Positions 30,746-41,588 of a stretch of DNA of 64,000 bases are shown here, in pieces. How positions within the stretch are numbered: position 1 is the stretch's first letter; the number at the start of each line of letters is the position of its first letter. The stretch covers positions 1 to 64,000 of the forward strand of contig JBLNDL010000092.1 in NCBI GenBank assembly GCA_050261575.1, in the 5' to 3' direction. Source of the stretch: Sphingomonadaceae bacterium. Lineage in GTDB: Bacteria > Chloroflexota > UBA6077. The notes below the pieces were generated by a model. It was given only the letters and a program-made list of their open reading frames with translations. It did not search any database and was not told the origin of the DNA. The translations under genes and the position numbers were made by a program.

Positions 30746-31741
30746 ATGCGAATCCTGGGAATAGAGAGTTCCTGTGACGAAACGGCGGCATCGGTGGTGG
30801 CCGATGGCCGCCGTCTGGAATCGAACGTAGTCGCCTCCCAGATCGACCTCCACCGCAAGTACGGTGGGGTCATGCCCGAGATGGCCTCCCGCGCCCACCT
30901 CCGGGCCATCGTCCCCACTCTGGAGGAGGCGCTGAGCCAGGCCAGCGTGGACTGGGGAGATATCTCCGCCATCGCCGTCACCCGCGGGCCCGGGCTCGCG
31001 GGCTCCCTGTTGGTAGGGGTCAACGCCGCCAAGGCGATCTCCCTGGCCAGGGGGATACCCCTCGTGGGGGTGAACCACCTGGAGGGCCACATCTACTCCA
31101 ATTGGGTCATCACCGACAAGCCCTTCCCGGAGCCCACCTTCCCCCTGCTTTGCCTCATCGTCTCCGGCGGGCACACCGACCTGTTCCTGATGAAGGACCA
31201 CGGGGTCTACGAGCGACTGGGGAGCACCAGGGACGACGCCGCCGGCGAGGCGTTCGACAAGGTGGCGCGGATCCTGGAAGTGGGCTACCCGGGGGGACCC
31301 GCCATCCAGAAGGCCGCCCAGGGTGGCAACCCCAACGCCTTCCACTTCCCCAGGGCGTGGCTGGGCGACAGCTACGACTTCAGCTTCAGCGGGCTGAAGA
31401 CCGCCGTGCTGCGCACCGTGCGGGAGTTGCAGCCCCCCCTGCCGACCGCCGATCTGGCAGCCAGCTTCCAGGAGGCCGTGGTGGACGTCCTCTCGACCAA
31501 GGTGGCCAGGGCAGCCAAGGTGTTCGGGGCCAGCCAGGTGGCCATCTGCGGGGGCGTGGCCGCCAACCTCGCCCTCCGCGAGCGGGTCAAGGAGCGGGTG
31601 GAGGTCCCACTCCACGTTCCGCCCATCCGCCTGTGCACCGACAACGCCGCGATGATCGCCAGCGCCGGATACTATCGCTTCCGCAGGGGCGAGCTGGACG
31701 GGCTGGAGATGGACGTTTCGCCCAACCTGGTCCTGGCCTGA
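30746..31741 (+). CDS. tsaD: tRNA N6-threonylcarbamoyladenosine biosynthesis protein TsaD
   Basis: [45 protein letters not shown] and CTDNAAMI. Confidence 0.98.
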   Translation: MRILGIESSCDETAASVVADGRRLESNVVASQIDLHRKYGGVMPEMASRAHLRAIVPTLEEALSQASVDWGDISAIAVTRGPGLAGSLLVGVNAAKAISLARGIPLVGVNHLEGHIYSNWVITDKPFPEPTFPLLCLIVSGGHTDLFLMKDHGVYERLGSTRDDAAGEAFDKVARILEVGYPGGPAIQKAAQGGNPNAFHFPRAWLGDSYDFSFSGLKTAVLRTVRELQPPLPTADLAASFQEAVVDVLSTKVARAAKVFGASQVAICGGVAANLALRERVKERVEVPLHVPPIRLCTDNAAMIASAGYYRFRRGELDGLEMDVSPNLVLA

Positions 31742-31762
31742 GTCCCACGTTCGCCTTTTTCA

Positions 31763-31789
31763 CTAGCACTGAGCCCCCGCGATTGCTAC
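31763..31789. promoter_or_regulatory. Degenerate second CIRCE element
   Basis: CTAGCACTG-N9-GATTGCTAC matches TTAGCACTC-N9-GAGTGCTAA at 14/18 positions with the exact spacer. Confidence 0.5.
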
Positions 31790-32003
31790 TCCTCGGCCCT
31801 CGTGGGTACAGGACTTGCAGCAGGAATCCGGGCTGCATCGGTTCGTCCAGCTCTGGAAGGCGCAAGCCGTCGATCTATGGAGCCTGATGGAGCTTTCTCG
31901 AGCCTGAGCCAGTTCTGTCCGGCTCAGGCCCGCTCCAGTGCCACAGAGCTCCCACCGTGTGGTTGCGGGTGAGCGGCATGTTCGCTAATATACCGCTCAG
32001 CCC

Positions 32004-32030
32004 TTAGCACTCGACCTGATAGAGTGCTAA
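32004..32030. promoter_or_regulatory. CIRCE element (HrcA operator)
   Basis: Perfect TTAGCACTC-gacctgata-GAGTGCTAA upstream of groES. Confidence 0.97.
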
Positions 32031-32094
32031 CAACAGATCCGGGTGCGGATCCGAGCTTCCGAGAGAATTCTGCTAAGCAAGGAGGTCTGAAGAG

Positions 32095-32391
32095 ATGGCT
32101 ATCGGACTCAAGCCCCTTGGTGACCGCGTGGTGGTCAAGCCCCTGTCGCGCGAGGAAGTTACCAAGAGCGGCATTGTTCTCCCCGATACCGCCAAGGAGA
32201 AGCCCCAGGAGGGCAGCGTGCTGGCGGTAGGCCCTGGCCGCCTCCTGGACAACGGCCAGAGGGTCACCGTAGACTTGAAAGAGGGCGACCGCGTTCTCTT
32301 CGCCAAGTACGCGGGTACCGAGTTCAAGCGCAACGACGAGGAGCTGTTGATCCTGAGCGAGAAGGACATCCTGGCCGTAGTAACCGAGTAG
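32095..32391 (+). CDS. groES: Co-chaperonin GroES
   Basis: [26 protein letters not shown] and VGPG. Confidence 0.99.
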   Translation: MAIGLKPLGDRVVVKPLSREEVTKSGIVLPDTAKEKPQEGSVLAVGPGRLLDNGQRVTVDLKEGDRVLFAKYAGTEFKRNDEELLILSEKDILAVVTE

Positions 32392-32460
32392 GACCATCCC
32401 GGCTCGCCACCCCGCGGGCCGACTTTATGAGTGAAGGCTCCGGTCCTTCAGGAGGAATAG

Positions 32461-34098
<1,638 letters not shown>

Positions 34099-34144
34099 AC
34101 CCACTGGGGTCGCCGCCGCGACCTCAGCCCAACATCCGCTTCGC

Positions 34145-34180
34145 AGGGGCCTCGACGTCGTCGAGGCCCCTCTGCTTTGT
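34145..34180 (+). terminator. Intrinsic terminator after groEL
   Basis: aggggcctcgac-gtc-gtcgaggcccct followed by ctgctttgt. Confidence 0.7.
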
Positions 34181-34260
34181 CGCCGCTCCGCGGACGGCTG
34201 TTGCCGCCTCTGGCACGGTGCCTGCCGTCAACGGCTAGTCCGAGGAGGCCAGCACACGGC

Positions 34261-34641
34261 ATGGAACGAGGAGACAGGGTCAGGATCAAGCGAGCCTACG
34301 AACCGCCAGCACCCGACGACGGCTATCGAGTGCTGATAGACCGGCTGTGGCCACGGGGCGTCAAGAAGGAGGATCTCGCCCTCGATGCCTGGCTGAAGCA
34401 ACTGGCGCCGAGCACCGAGTTGCGTAGATGGTTCGGCCACGATCCAGCCAAGTGGGCCGAGTTTCAGAGACTCTACCGGCAAGAACTCTCAACGCCCGAG
34501 GCCGAAAGGCTGCTGGCAGAATTGAGGGAGCGAGCCCGCCGGGGATGGGTCACACTGCTCTACGCGGCCAAGGACGAGGAGCACAACGACGCAGTGGTGC
34601 TTCGGCAGTTGCTGGAGCAGCAATTGCAGGAGGCGGTCTGA
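34261..34641 (+). CDS. DUF488 / YeaO family protein
   Basis: IKRAYE...DDGYRVLIDRLWPRGVKKE, APSTELRRWFGH and TLLYAAKD..HN.AVVL. Confidence 0.92.
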   Translation: MERGDRVRIKRAYEPPAPDDGYRVLIDRLWPRGVKKEDLALDAWLKQLAPSTELRRWFGHDPAKWAEFQRLYRQELSTPEAERLLAELRERARRGWVTLLYAAKDEEHNDAVVLRQLLEQQLQEAV

Positions 34642-34997
34642 GCGCGCGACATTCTGGCTGCCCTAACCCACGCCTTTGCCTCCACCTCCTGTGCCGACCC
34701 CGCCCTGCTGACGACGCTCCGGCGTCTTCGAACTCCAACTGATCTCTACGACTTTCTGCGTACGCCGAACCCGCCTTTGCTCCGATGCCCATTCTGCACC
34801 TCAGGTGTAGAATGCCCAACGAACGCAAGCGGGTCGACGCGCTGCACCGCGCTGGCGATTCCACCCTGGCAAGGACTCCTGCCCGGTCGCCTGCTCCGTG
34901 AGGCCCCCATCGTTGGGCCGATCCAAGCTGGGTATCTGCACGAGTGAGCCTCGGGGGATTGCCTGCACGAGCGATGTTGCAGACAAAGGAGTCGGAG

Positions 34998-35837
34998 ATG
35001 GGGATTCTGAAGACTATCGGAAAAACGGCACTCGGTTTGGGGGCGGGCACCCTTGTCGTGCTGACCGGCATGAAGGTGATGGATGACCGGTACGTCGACC
35101 AGATATGGCGATCGCTCGAGCAGACAGAGCGGGTCGGTGGGGTGTTCAGCGAGGAGATGGTCTCCGACCTGCCGGACGCCGCCCGGCGCTACTTCCTCCA
35201 CGCCATCAGGCCCGGGGCTCCATTGGCCACCAGGGTGGAGTTCGGCTACACCGGGGAGATCAAGCCCGGCGAGCAGATGCCCTGGATGTCCCTAGATGCC
35301 CATCAGATCCTGGTCAAGCAGAGGGGGTTCGTCTGGAAGGCCAGAACGTGGAAGGGGCCCTTGGTGGTCACGGGTAGGGACCACTATTTCGATGGAGAAG
35401 GCAGGATGAAGATCGCCCTCTTCGGTCTCGTCCCCGTCGTCAACGCCAGCGGGCCTGATCTCTCGCGATCGGCCATGGGCAGGCTGCTGATGGAGGGTGC
35501 GCTGCTCCCCACGGCCTTCCTGCCTGGTCCTAACGTGAGGATAGAGGGCATTGACGAATCACGCTTCACGGCGCACATGAAGCTTCAGGGAGAGACCACC
35601 ACCGTCAACTTCACGGTCGATCCCGAGGGACGCTTGACGGAGATGTACATAGCGCGATGGGGCGATATGACGCCGGACCGATCCTTCCAGTTCATCCCGT
35701 ACGGGATCCATGTAGACGAGGAGGCCACCTTCGAGGACTACACCATTCCGAGCAAGATCAGGGTGGGGTGGTGGTACGGAACGGAGCGATACGAAGACGT
35801 GGTTCGCATGACCATGAACTGGGCCCACTACGAGTGA
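34998..35837 (+). CDS. Conserved hypothetical protein (DUF6544-like) with N-terminal anchor
   Basis: LPDAARRYF, GFVWKA, D.Y..GEG.M...LFGLVPV and LLPTAFL. AAGGAG SD. Confidence 0.75.
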   Translation: MGILKTIGKTALGLGAGTLVVLTGMKVMDDRYVDQIWRSLEQTERVGGVFSEEMVSDLPDAARRYFLHAIRPGAPLATRVEFGYTGEIKPGEQMPWMSLDAHQILVKQRGFVWKARTWKGPLVVTGRDHYFDGEGRMKIALFGLVPVVNASGPDLSRSAMGRLLMEGALLPTAFLPGPNVRIEGIDESRFTAHMKLQGETTTVNFTVDPEGRLTEMYIARWGDMTPDRSFQFIPYGIHVDEEATFEDYTIPSKIRVGWWYGTERYEDVVRMTMNWAHYE

Positions 35838-35885
35838 CGTGTGCTCCGGCGATAGTCCGGCGAAGGGCTAGGACGGGGTGAGGAG

Positions 35886-36566
35886 GTGATTGAAGTGAGG
35901 CATTCCGCAATGCGGCAGGCGGCACTGGCTGCCGGACTGGCGCTGTTGCTGATTGGGGGATGCTCTCGGCCGGCAGCCGGCCCTGCGGCGAAGACCCCGC
36001 CCACGATGGTGGCGGCAACGCCTACCCACCCCCTGGCCCCGGCCACAACAGCCGCCCCGCAGGCCACGCCTACCAACGAAGCGGCGATGGCTACCGCGAC
36101 GGCGGCAGCAACCGAGCCGACGAGCAGCCCCGCAACCGCAGGCCCCTACCGGCGGGTACAGTCGCAGGGGCTCTCCTTCGAAGTGCCCTCGACCTGGAAG
36201 GCATCCGGAGACCGCACCATCTTCGAGGACCAGGCATCCAAGGCCGTCATCGGGGTGAACACGATCCCCTGGCAGCCAGGCATGGAGCCCGAGGCCGCGC
36301 TGCCGAATCGCTCCGTCGTGAAGGGCCGCGCATCGGTGAGCCTCCCGTGGGGTAGTGGGGCGGAGTATCACCTGGAGAGGATGGCTCCTGCAGCACAGGG
36401 AGGGCCGCAAGGCGCCGTGCTGGCGACCGAGGTCCACGTCCTGGTGCGGCTGGGCAGCAAGGGCATAGTGGATATCTACTCTTCGGTGCCAGCGGGTGCC
36501 GATCCCACCGCCGCGGACCGAGTCCGACAGCACCTGCTGCAGAGCGTCACCCTGCTCGGGGGATGA
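35886..36566 (+). CDS. Hypothetical lipoprotein with Pro/Thr/Ala linker
   Basis: Signal peptide ending LIGGC, P/T/A-rich linker, then a globular domain beginning GLSFEVPSTW. The start may be a few codons later. Confidence 0.7.
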   Translation: MIEVRHSAMRQAALAAGLALLLIGGCSRPAAGPAAKTPPTMVAATPTHPLAPATTAAPQATPTNEAAMATATAAATEPTSSPATAGPYRRVQSQGLSFEVPSTWKASGDRTIFEDQASKAVIGVNTIPWQPGMEPEAALPNRSVVKGRASVSLPWGSGAEYHLERMAPAAQGGPQGAVLATEVHVLVRLGSKGIVDIYSSVPAGADPTAADRVRQHLLQSVTLLGG

Positions 36567-36884
36567 GGCAATGTTCAACCCCGCTCTCTAGGGGGTCCAT
36601 TCGGATTCGGTGACACGGTGGGAATACCAGCGGCGAGTGGCCTTCGTCTGGAAGATGATGGCGATACTGAACGAGATCAAGCGGCCCCCTTTCGGGCGTC
36701 GAGCGCCCTCACGTATAATTCTCATATAGGGTTCGACGAATAGAAGGGAGGTACCGGCCGGGAGGCCGGGCGCGGCACACCTCCAGTAGTCCGCCAACCA
36801 GACAGGTGGTGCTTGCTGCCGGTAGGGGCAGTCAAGACCACGCAGGCGGACCAGTGGTGCCCTGATACGGGGGACGTGATAGGC

Positions 36885-36950
36885 GTCGTCCTGAGCGATA
36901 GCGAAGGATCTCTCACGTCGGAGAGATCCTTCGCTATCGCTCAGCGTGAT
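36885..36950. repeat. Perfect 24-bp inverted repeat (REP-like)
   Basis: ctgagcgatagcgaaggatctctc (36891-36914), loop acgtcg, gagagatccttcgctatcgctcag (36921-36944). Confidence 0.85.
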
Positions 36951-37023
36951 AGGGCGTATCGTCTTCACCGTGGCAGAGCAGGAGGCGGGTGCGGCGTTGG
37001 ATCGTTGATTGGATAGATTCTTG

Positions 37024-37890
37024 ATGGACGACATCAGCCGGGCAAAGCCGCTGGATCTGCTTGCGCGCTACCGGCTCATTTGCGAGAACGTGGGGGCCTG
37101 CCGGGCCACCGATACCCAGCTTCCGAGGGAGTTGCGGGAGCAGCTCGCCTCCGTGGAGGCGGAGCTCCAGAGCCGGCTCTGGCTCGCCTCGGAGGAGAAC
37201 ACCGGCCAAGCGAGGACACCCCGCCCCGAGCGGGTCGCGCCGTCGGCTACTCGGGCACCGAGGGATCCCGAAGGTCCAGAACCATCCCCCGAGCATCGGT
37301 CGGGCTCCACGCCCGGGCGGGGCAAGCCCGACGGCCCCATAGACTTCGACCTGGCTCCGCTGGTGGCGCCCGCGCCCCGGACGAAGAAGAGCGCCGGTCC
37401 GATAGACTTCGATCGGGCGCCCCTCACCCCCAGCACCGCCGCCACCGTCTACTGCGACGGCGCCTGTCAGGGAAACCCCGGCCCCGGCGGCTACGGCGTC
37501 GTGGTGCGGGTACCCGGCCACCCGGAGCGCACCCTGGCCGACGGGAAGACCAGGACGACCAACAACGAGATGGAGCTCTCAGCCGCGGCCGCCGGGCTGA
37601 GGCTGGCGGTGGATCTGGGGGCGAAGGAGATCGCGGTCGTCACCGACAGCGAGTACCTGGTGAAGGGGATGAGCGGCTGGGTGAAGGGGTGGCTCCGGAA
37701 CGGCTGGAAGACGAGCAAAGGGGAGCCGGTGAAGAACCGGGCCCTGTGGGAGGAGCTGCACGCCCTCTGCCAAGGGCGAAAGGTGACCTGGTCCTGGATC
37801 CGCGGCCACAACGGCCACCCGGAGAACGAGCGGTGCGACGCCATGGCCGTGGCAGCCGCGCGGGCGGCGGCGGTGAACGGACGCCGCTAG
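37024..37890 (+). CDS. rnhA: Ribonuclease HI with long N-terminal extension
   Basis: YCDGACQGNPGPGG, TTNNEMEL, TDSEY, W..NGWKT, VKN..LW and GHNGHPENERCD, preceded by about 140 extra residues. Confidence 0.93.
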   Translation: MDDISRAKPLDLLARYRLICENVGACRATDTQLPRELREQLASVEAELQSRLWLASEENTGQARTPRPERVAPSATRAPRDPEGPEPSPEHRSGSTPGRGKPDGPIDFDLAPLVAPAPRTKKSAGPIDFDRAPLTPSTAATVYCDGACQGNPGPGGYGVVVRVPGHPERTLADGKTRTTNNEMELSAAAAGLRLAVDLGAKEIAVVTDSEYLVKGMSGWVKGWLRNGWKTSKGEPVKNRALWEELHALCQGRKVTWSWIRGHNGHPENERCDAMAVAAARAAAVNGRR

Positions 37891-38016
37891 ACGCGCATCT
37901 TCGCTGTGGAACGAGAACGCGCGCCCGCTCGAGGAGCAGAAGGGAGAGCGGCGCACGAGCGCCGCACCCCCGCAACCCTCGGCGAAAGCGGCGTCGACAC
38001 GCCGCACCCCGTGATG

Positions 38017-39186
38017 CTACGAGGCCACGTCGAGCGGATACCGCCCCGCCTCCCTCGCCTCGTCGAACATTGCGAGCACGTTCTCGATCGGCACGTCGGG
38101 CTGGATGTTGTGCACGGCGGCGAGCATGTAGCCCCCGCCCCGCCCCATCTCGGCCACCCGCCGCCGCACCTCCGCCCTCACATCCTCGGTGGTCCCGTAG
38201 GGCAGCACATGCTGGCTGTCGATCCCTCCCCAGAAGCTGAGGTGGCTCCCGAACTCCGCTTTCAGCCGGGCCGGCTCCATGTCCCTGGCCGAGACCTGGA
38301 TCGGGTTCAGCACCTGGACGCCGACGTCGATCAGATCGGGCAGCAGGGAGTGGACGGAGCCGCAGGTGTGGAGGGCGATCTTGGCGTCGGGGCAGATCTC
38401 CCGCACCTGCCGGAAGAAGCGGGCGTGGCGAGGCTTGATAACCTTCCGGTATGCCTCCGGCGACATCTGCGGCCCGCCCTGGGAGCCCAGGTCGTCGCCG
38501 GTGAAGACGATGTCCACCAGGTCCCCCACCTCTCGCAGGATGGGGCGAGCCATCGCCGTAGTGGTCTCCACGATGGCATCCATCAGCGCGCCGGCCAGCC
38601 CCTGGTCGGCCGCCATGTCCACGTACCAGTCCTGGAACCCGCGCAGGTACTGGCTGATGTGCACCACGCCGATCGTGAGATTCAACACCAGGGCGTAGTC
38701 TCCCTTCTGCCTGAGCGCCAGGGCCCGTTCCCGCAGCCCCCGCACCCGCCCTGGATCCTCCGGATCAGGCCAGGGGTAGCGCACGATGTCGTGAACGGAT
38801 ATCTCGCCGGCCAGGGGTGACTCTCGCAGGTCGTACCAGTAGGAGCCGGGGGGCTTGCTGCGCACCACCCCCCACTCGTCCCGGTAGGTGATGGGGTCCA
38901 GCTCCACGTCGCCACCCCGGTCGGGCGCACCGGGCACCAGCGCGCGGGTGTCGACGTCGAGTCGCTCCAGGATCCGCTCGTCCACCAGGACGGGCTGCAT
39001 CATCCGATCGGAGATTGCGCTCGGGGCATCGAGGCCGAAGTGCTGCTTCAGCCTCTCGTATCCCGCCACGTGGATACTGCTGCAGCGAGTGCCTCCGAAG
39101 TCGATCGGCACCCTATCCGGCTCCTCGTGCTTCAGGGCTGAGAGCACTCGCTGTCGGTGGGTCATCGTCGGTCCACTTGCGGCCAT
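38017..39186 (-). CDS. Uroporphyrinogen decarboxylase (UroD/MtaA-like) family protein
   Basis: RVLSALKHEEPDRVP, DEWGV, GDDLGSQ, HTCG, FWGGID and GGGYML..HNIQPDVP.EN. It does not look like true HemE. Confidence 0.88.
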   Translation of the reverse strand: MAASGPTMTHRQRVLSALKHEEPDRVPIDFGGTRCSSIHVAGYERLKQHFGLDAPSAISDRMMQPVLVDERILERLDVDTRALVPGAPDRGGDVELDPITYRDEWGVVRSKPPGSYWYDLRESPLAGEISVHDIVRYPWPDPEDPGRVRGLRERALALRQKGDYALVLNLTIGVVHISQYLRGFQDWYVDMAADQGLAGALMDAIVETTTAMARPILREVGDLVDIVFTGDDLGSQGGPQMSPEAYRKVIKPRHARFFRQVREICPDAKIALHTCGSVHSLLPDLIDVGVQVLNPIQVSARDMEPARLKAEFGSHLSFWGGIDSQHVLPYGTTEDVRAEVRRRVAEMGRGGGYMLAAVHNIQPDVPIENVLAMFDEAREAGRYPLDVAS

Positions 39187-39280
39187 GGCTCACTCCTTCC
39201 GATCCCAGGCTTCGTGGGGAATCGACCGGGTAGTTGCGCCTACAGTGTACGGCGAAAGCGGGCTGCGCGGTATACCCTGA

Positions 39281-39346
39281 GCAGGTGACTCTAGATGGAG
39301 TAGACGTCTCCCGCCAGAAAGGCTGACATGAACTGGAGATGCCTGC
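39281..39346 (-). mobile_element. 66-bp MITE-like element, copy A (inverted relative to B and C)
   Basis: gcaggtgactctagatggagtagacgtctcccgccagaaaggctgacatgaactggagatgcctgc aligns without gaps to the reverse complement of 48273-48338. Confidence 0.6.
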
Positions 39347-39357
39347 TTAGCCTTGCG

Positions 39358-40191
39358 TCAGCGCGCCCGGAACAGCGCCACCTCGCCGCCCAGCGACGCC
39401 ACCCGTTGCCAGGTGAGCAGCAGGATACCGATCTGCTGGAACAGTGGCGCCAGGAAGGTGGTGGCGTCCAGGGGGGTGAACCGGAGCAGCGCCGGATAGA
39501 GGGCGCCGAAAAGGGCCGCCGTAAGGGCGAAGCCGAGCCCCAGCAGCAGCACCTGGGGAAAGTGGCGCACCACGAACCACCCACCCTCCACGGCATGGCG
39601 CCAGGTCCGGCGCTCTGGCTCCACCACGAGGCTGATTCGGGCGTAGTCCATCGCGAGCAGGAGGAGGAAGAGCAGGAAGGGCAGCAGGGCGGCTCGCAGG
39701 GCCGTCAAGACCGCGCTGGGGGGAAGCAGGCCCAGCGGGAAGCTGATGGCCAGGAAGAGCAGTCCCACCAGGATCAGCCCCGGGATAAGGAGGAGCAGCA
39801 GCAGGAGGAAGCGGCCGAAGAAGCGGGCGCAGTCGGAGAAGAAGCTGGTCCACCGGAAGGGCGGGGCACCCCATACCAGCGCACCGATGGTGCCCCCTCG
39901 CAGGAAGGTCCCCACCAGGAAGAAGAGCGGCGGCACGAGCAGGTAGAGCGGCCAGGGGAAGGAGGTGGAGTCCCAGCCACCCGGCGCCTCGATCAGCCAG
40001 TCCAGGCTGTAGGGACCCATCAGGTCGGGCGCCATGGCCGACCGGCCGAAGACGTGGGCTAGCTGGCTGGCCGAGGGCGCGGCCAGCAGCGCGGCGAAGG
40101 TCGTCTCCACTAGGTACAGAAGCAGCACGACCTGCCACAGGGCCGTCGCTCTCACCCAGCCTCTCCAGAAGCTGACAGGAACAGCAAGCAT
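39358..40191 (-). CDS. Multi-pass membrane protein of unknown function
   Basis: About 6 hydrophobic helices with a conserved-looking DYARI motif; co-oriented with the M1 peptidase cluster. Confidence 0.75.
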   Translation of the reverse strand: MLAVPVSFWRGWVRATALWQVVLLLYLVETTFAALLAAPSASQLAHVFGRSAMAPDLMGPYSLDWLIEAPGGWDSTSFPWPLYLLVPPLFFLVGTFLRGGTIGALVWGAPPFRWTSFFSDCARFFGRFLLLLLLLIPGLILVGLLFLAISFPLGLLPPSAVLTALRAALLPFLLFLLLLAMDYARISLVVEPERRTWRHAVEGGWFVVRHFPQVLLLGLGFALTAALFGALYPALLRFTPLDATTFLAPLFQQIGILLLTWQRVASLGGEVALFRAR

Positions 40192-40384
40192 ATCGACCGC
40201 GGGGCGTAACCGCAGGCTTCTGCAGCGCGATCATTGCCGATTCGCCGCAGGGGTACCTTGCTCGCCAGTGGTGTCCCCATCCCCGTCTAGGATCGGGTTG
40301 CCGCAGCAACCCCAACCAAGATTAGTCGGTTGGTGGTGCGTCCGGCAAGTACCATGGCTTTCTTGGGTGGGGATGAGGGCACGA

Positions 40385-40588
40385 TCAGTCGGAAGCATCA
40401 GGTGCACTCCTCTCCGGATCCTGGACGGGCTCCCGGCTGCGCCCCTTCCTTCGTCTCTCCTCCACCGCACGTTGCAGGAGGTACTCGATCTGGCCGTTCA
40501 CGCTTCGGAACTCCTGGGCAGCCCACCGGTTCAGCTCCTCCCACAGCTCGGGGCTGATGCGCAGCAGAAACTTCCTCCGTTCGGCCAC
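40385..40588 (-). CDS. Arc-like ribbon-helix-helix DNA-binding protein
   Basis: [33 protein letters not shown]; starts 10 bp after the SPFH gene, a known pairing. Confidence 0.88.
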   Translation of the reverse strand: MAERRKFLLRISPELWEELNRWAAQEFRSVNGQIEYLLQRAVEERRRKGRSREPVQDPERSAPDASD

Positions 40589-40598
40589 GATCGACGAC

Positions 40599-41477
40599 CT
40601 ACTGGTAGAGAGTGCCGGCGTTTACCACCGGCGTGGCTGAGGATTCGCTGCACAGCACCACCAGCAGATTGCTGACCATGGTCGCCTTTCGCTCCTCATC
40701 CAACTCCACAACCTTCCTCTCAGACAGCTTCTCCAGGGCCAGTTCGACCATGCCGACGGCGCCGTTGACGATCTGTGTGCGCGCAGCGACCACGGCCTGG
40801 GCCTGCTGCCTGCGCAGCATCGCCTCGGCGATCTCGGGGGCGTAAGCTAGGTGGCTCAAGCGGGCCTCTATCACTCGAACCCCCGCCCTCTGGAACCGCT
40901 CGCTCAACTCCTTCTCCAGAACGTAGTTGACCTGCTCCGCTCCCGCCCGCAGCGTGAGGCCACTCTCGTCGTGATCGTCGAAGGTGTCGTACGGATAGGA
41001 GCCGGCCAGGTGCCTGACCGCTGCTTCGCTCTGGACCACCACATACTGCTCGTAGTCGTCCACGTCGAATGATGCCCGGTAGGTGTCCTCCACCTGCCAG
41101 ACCACGACCGCGGCGATCTCTATTGGATTGCCGGACTTGTCGTTGACCTTCAGCTTCTGGCCGTTCAGGTTCCTCGCTCTAAGCGTGATCCTCTTCTTGG
41201 TGTAGAAGGGGTTGGCCCAGTAGAAGCCGCTCTCTCGAACGGTGCCGACGTAGTCCCCGAAGAGGACCAGCACTTTGGCATCGTTCGGATTGACGATGAA
41301 GAGCCCAGCCAGGACGAGCGATCCCGCGATGAGAAGGAACAGCATGGGGATCAGCAGCAACAGATCTCCGCTCTGGATAAGCGGGATGAGCAAGACGATT
41401 GCTGCCAGGACCGCCAGGACGCCGATGACCAGCGCGGGGTAGCCAGAGGCCGCCGAGCGGCGGTGTTCCGTGTTCAT
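40599..41477 (-). CDS. SPFH (band 7) domain membrane protein
   Basis: Two N-terminal TM helices, [43 protein letters not shown] and [18 protein letters not shown]. Confidence 0.93.
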   Translation of the reverse strand: MNTEHRRSAASGYPALVIGVLAVLAAIVLLIPLIQSGDLLLLIPMLFLLIAGSLVLAGLFIVNPNDAKVLVLFGDYVGTVRESGFYWANPFYTKKRITLRARNLNGQKLKVNDKSGNPIEIAAVVVWQVEDTYRASFDVDDYEQYVVVQSEAAVRHLAGSYPYDTFDDHDESGLTLRAGAEQVNYVLEKELSERFQRAGVRVIEARLSHLAYAPEIAEAMLRRQQAQAVVAARTQIVNGAVGMVELALEKLSERKVVELDEERKATMVSNLLVVLCSESSATPVVNAGTLYQ

Positions 41478-41497
41478 GGTGCCTCCTACCAGTCTCG

Positions 41498-41517
41498 TGA
41501 TATCGGCATGATATCAT
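41498..41517. promoter_or_regulatory. Candidate RHH operator: TGATATC repeated at 11-bp spacing
   Basis: tgatatc-ggca-tgatatcat immediately upstream of the SPFH SD. Confidence 0.55.
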
Positions 41518-41588
41518 AGTGAAAGAAGGAGGACAACGACGATCCCCTGCTTCTTTGCGCAACACCTCGGAAACGGAGATGGAGCTAC

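Noticed and set aside
36610..36729. 39-aa ORF beginning MTRWEY
   Set aside because: Very short, poorly spaced SD, and resemblance to known small proteins is limited to the first residues.
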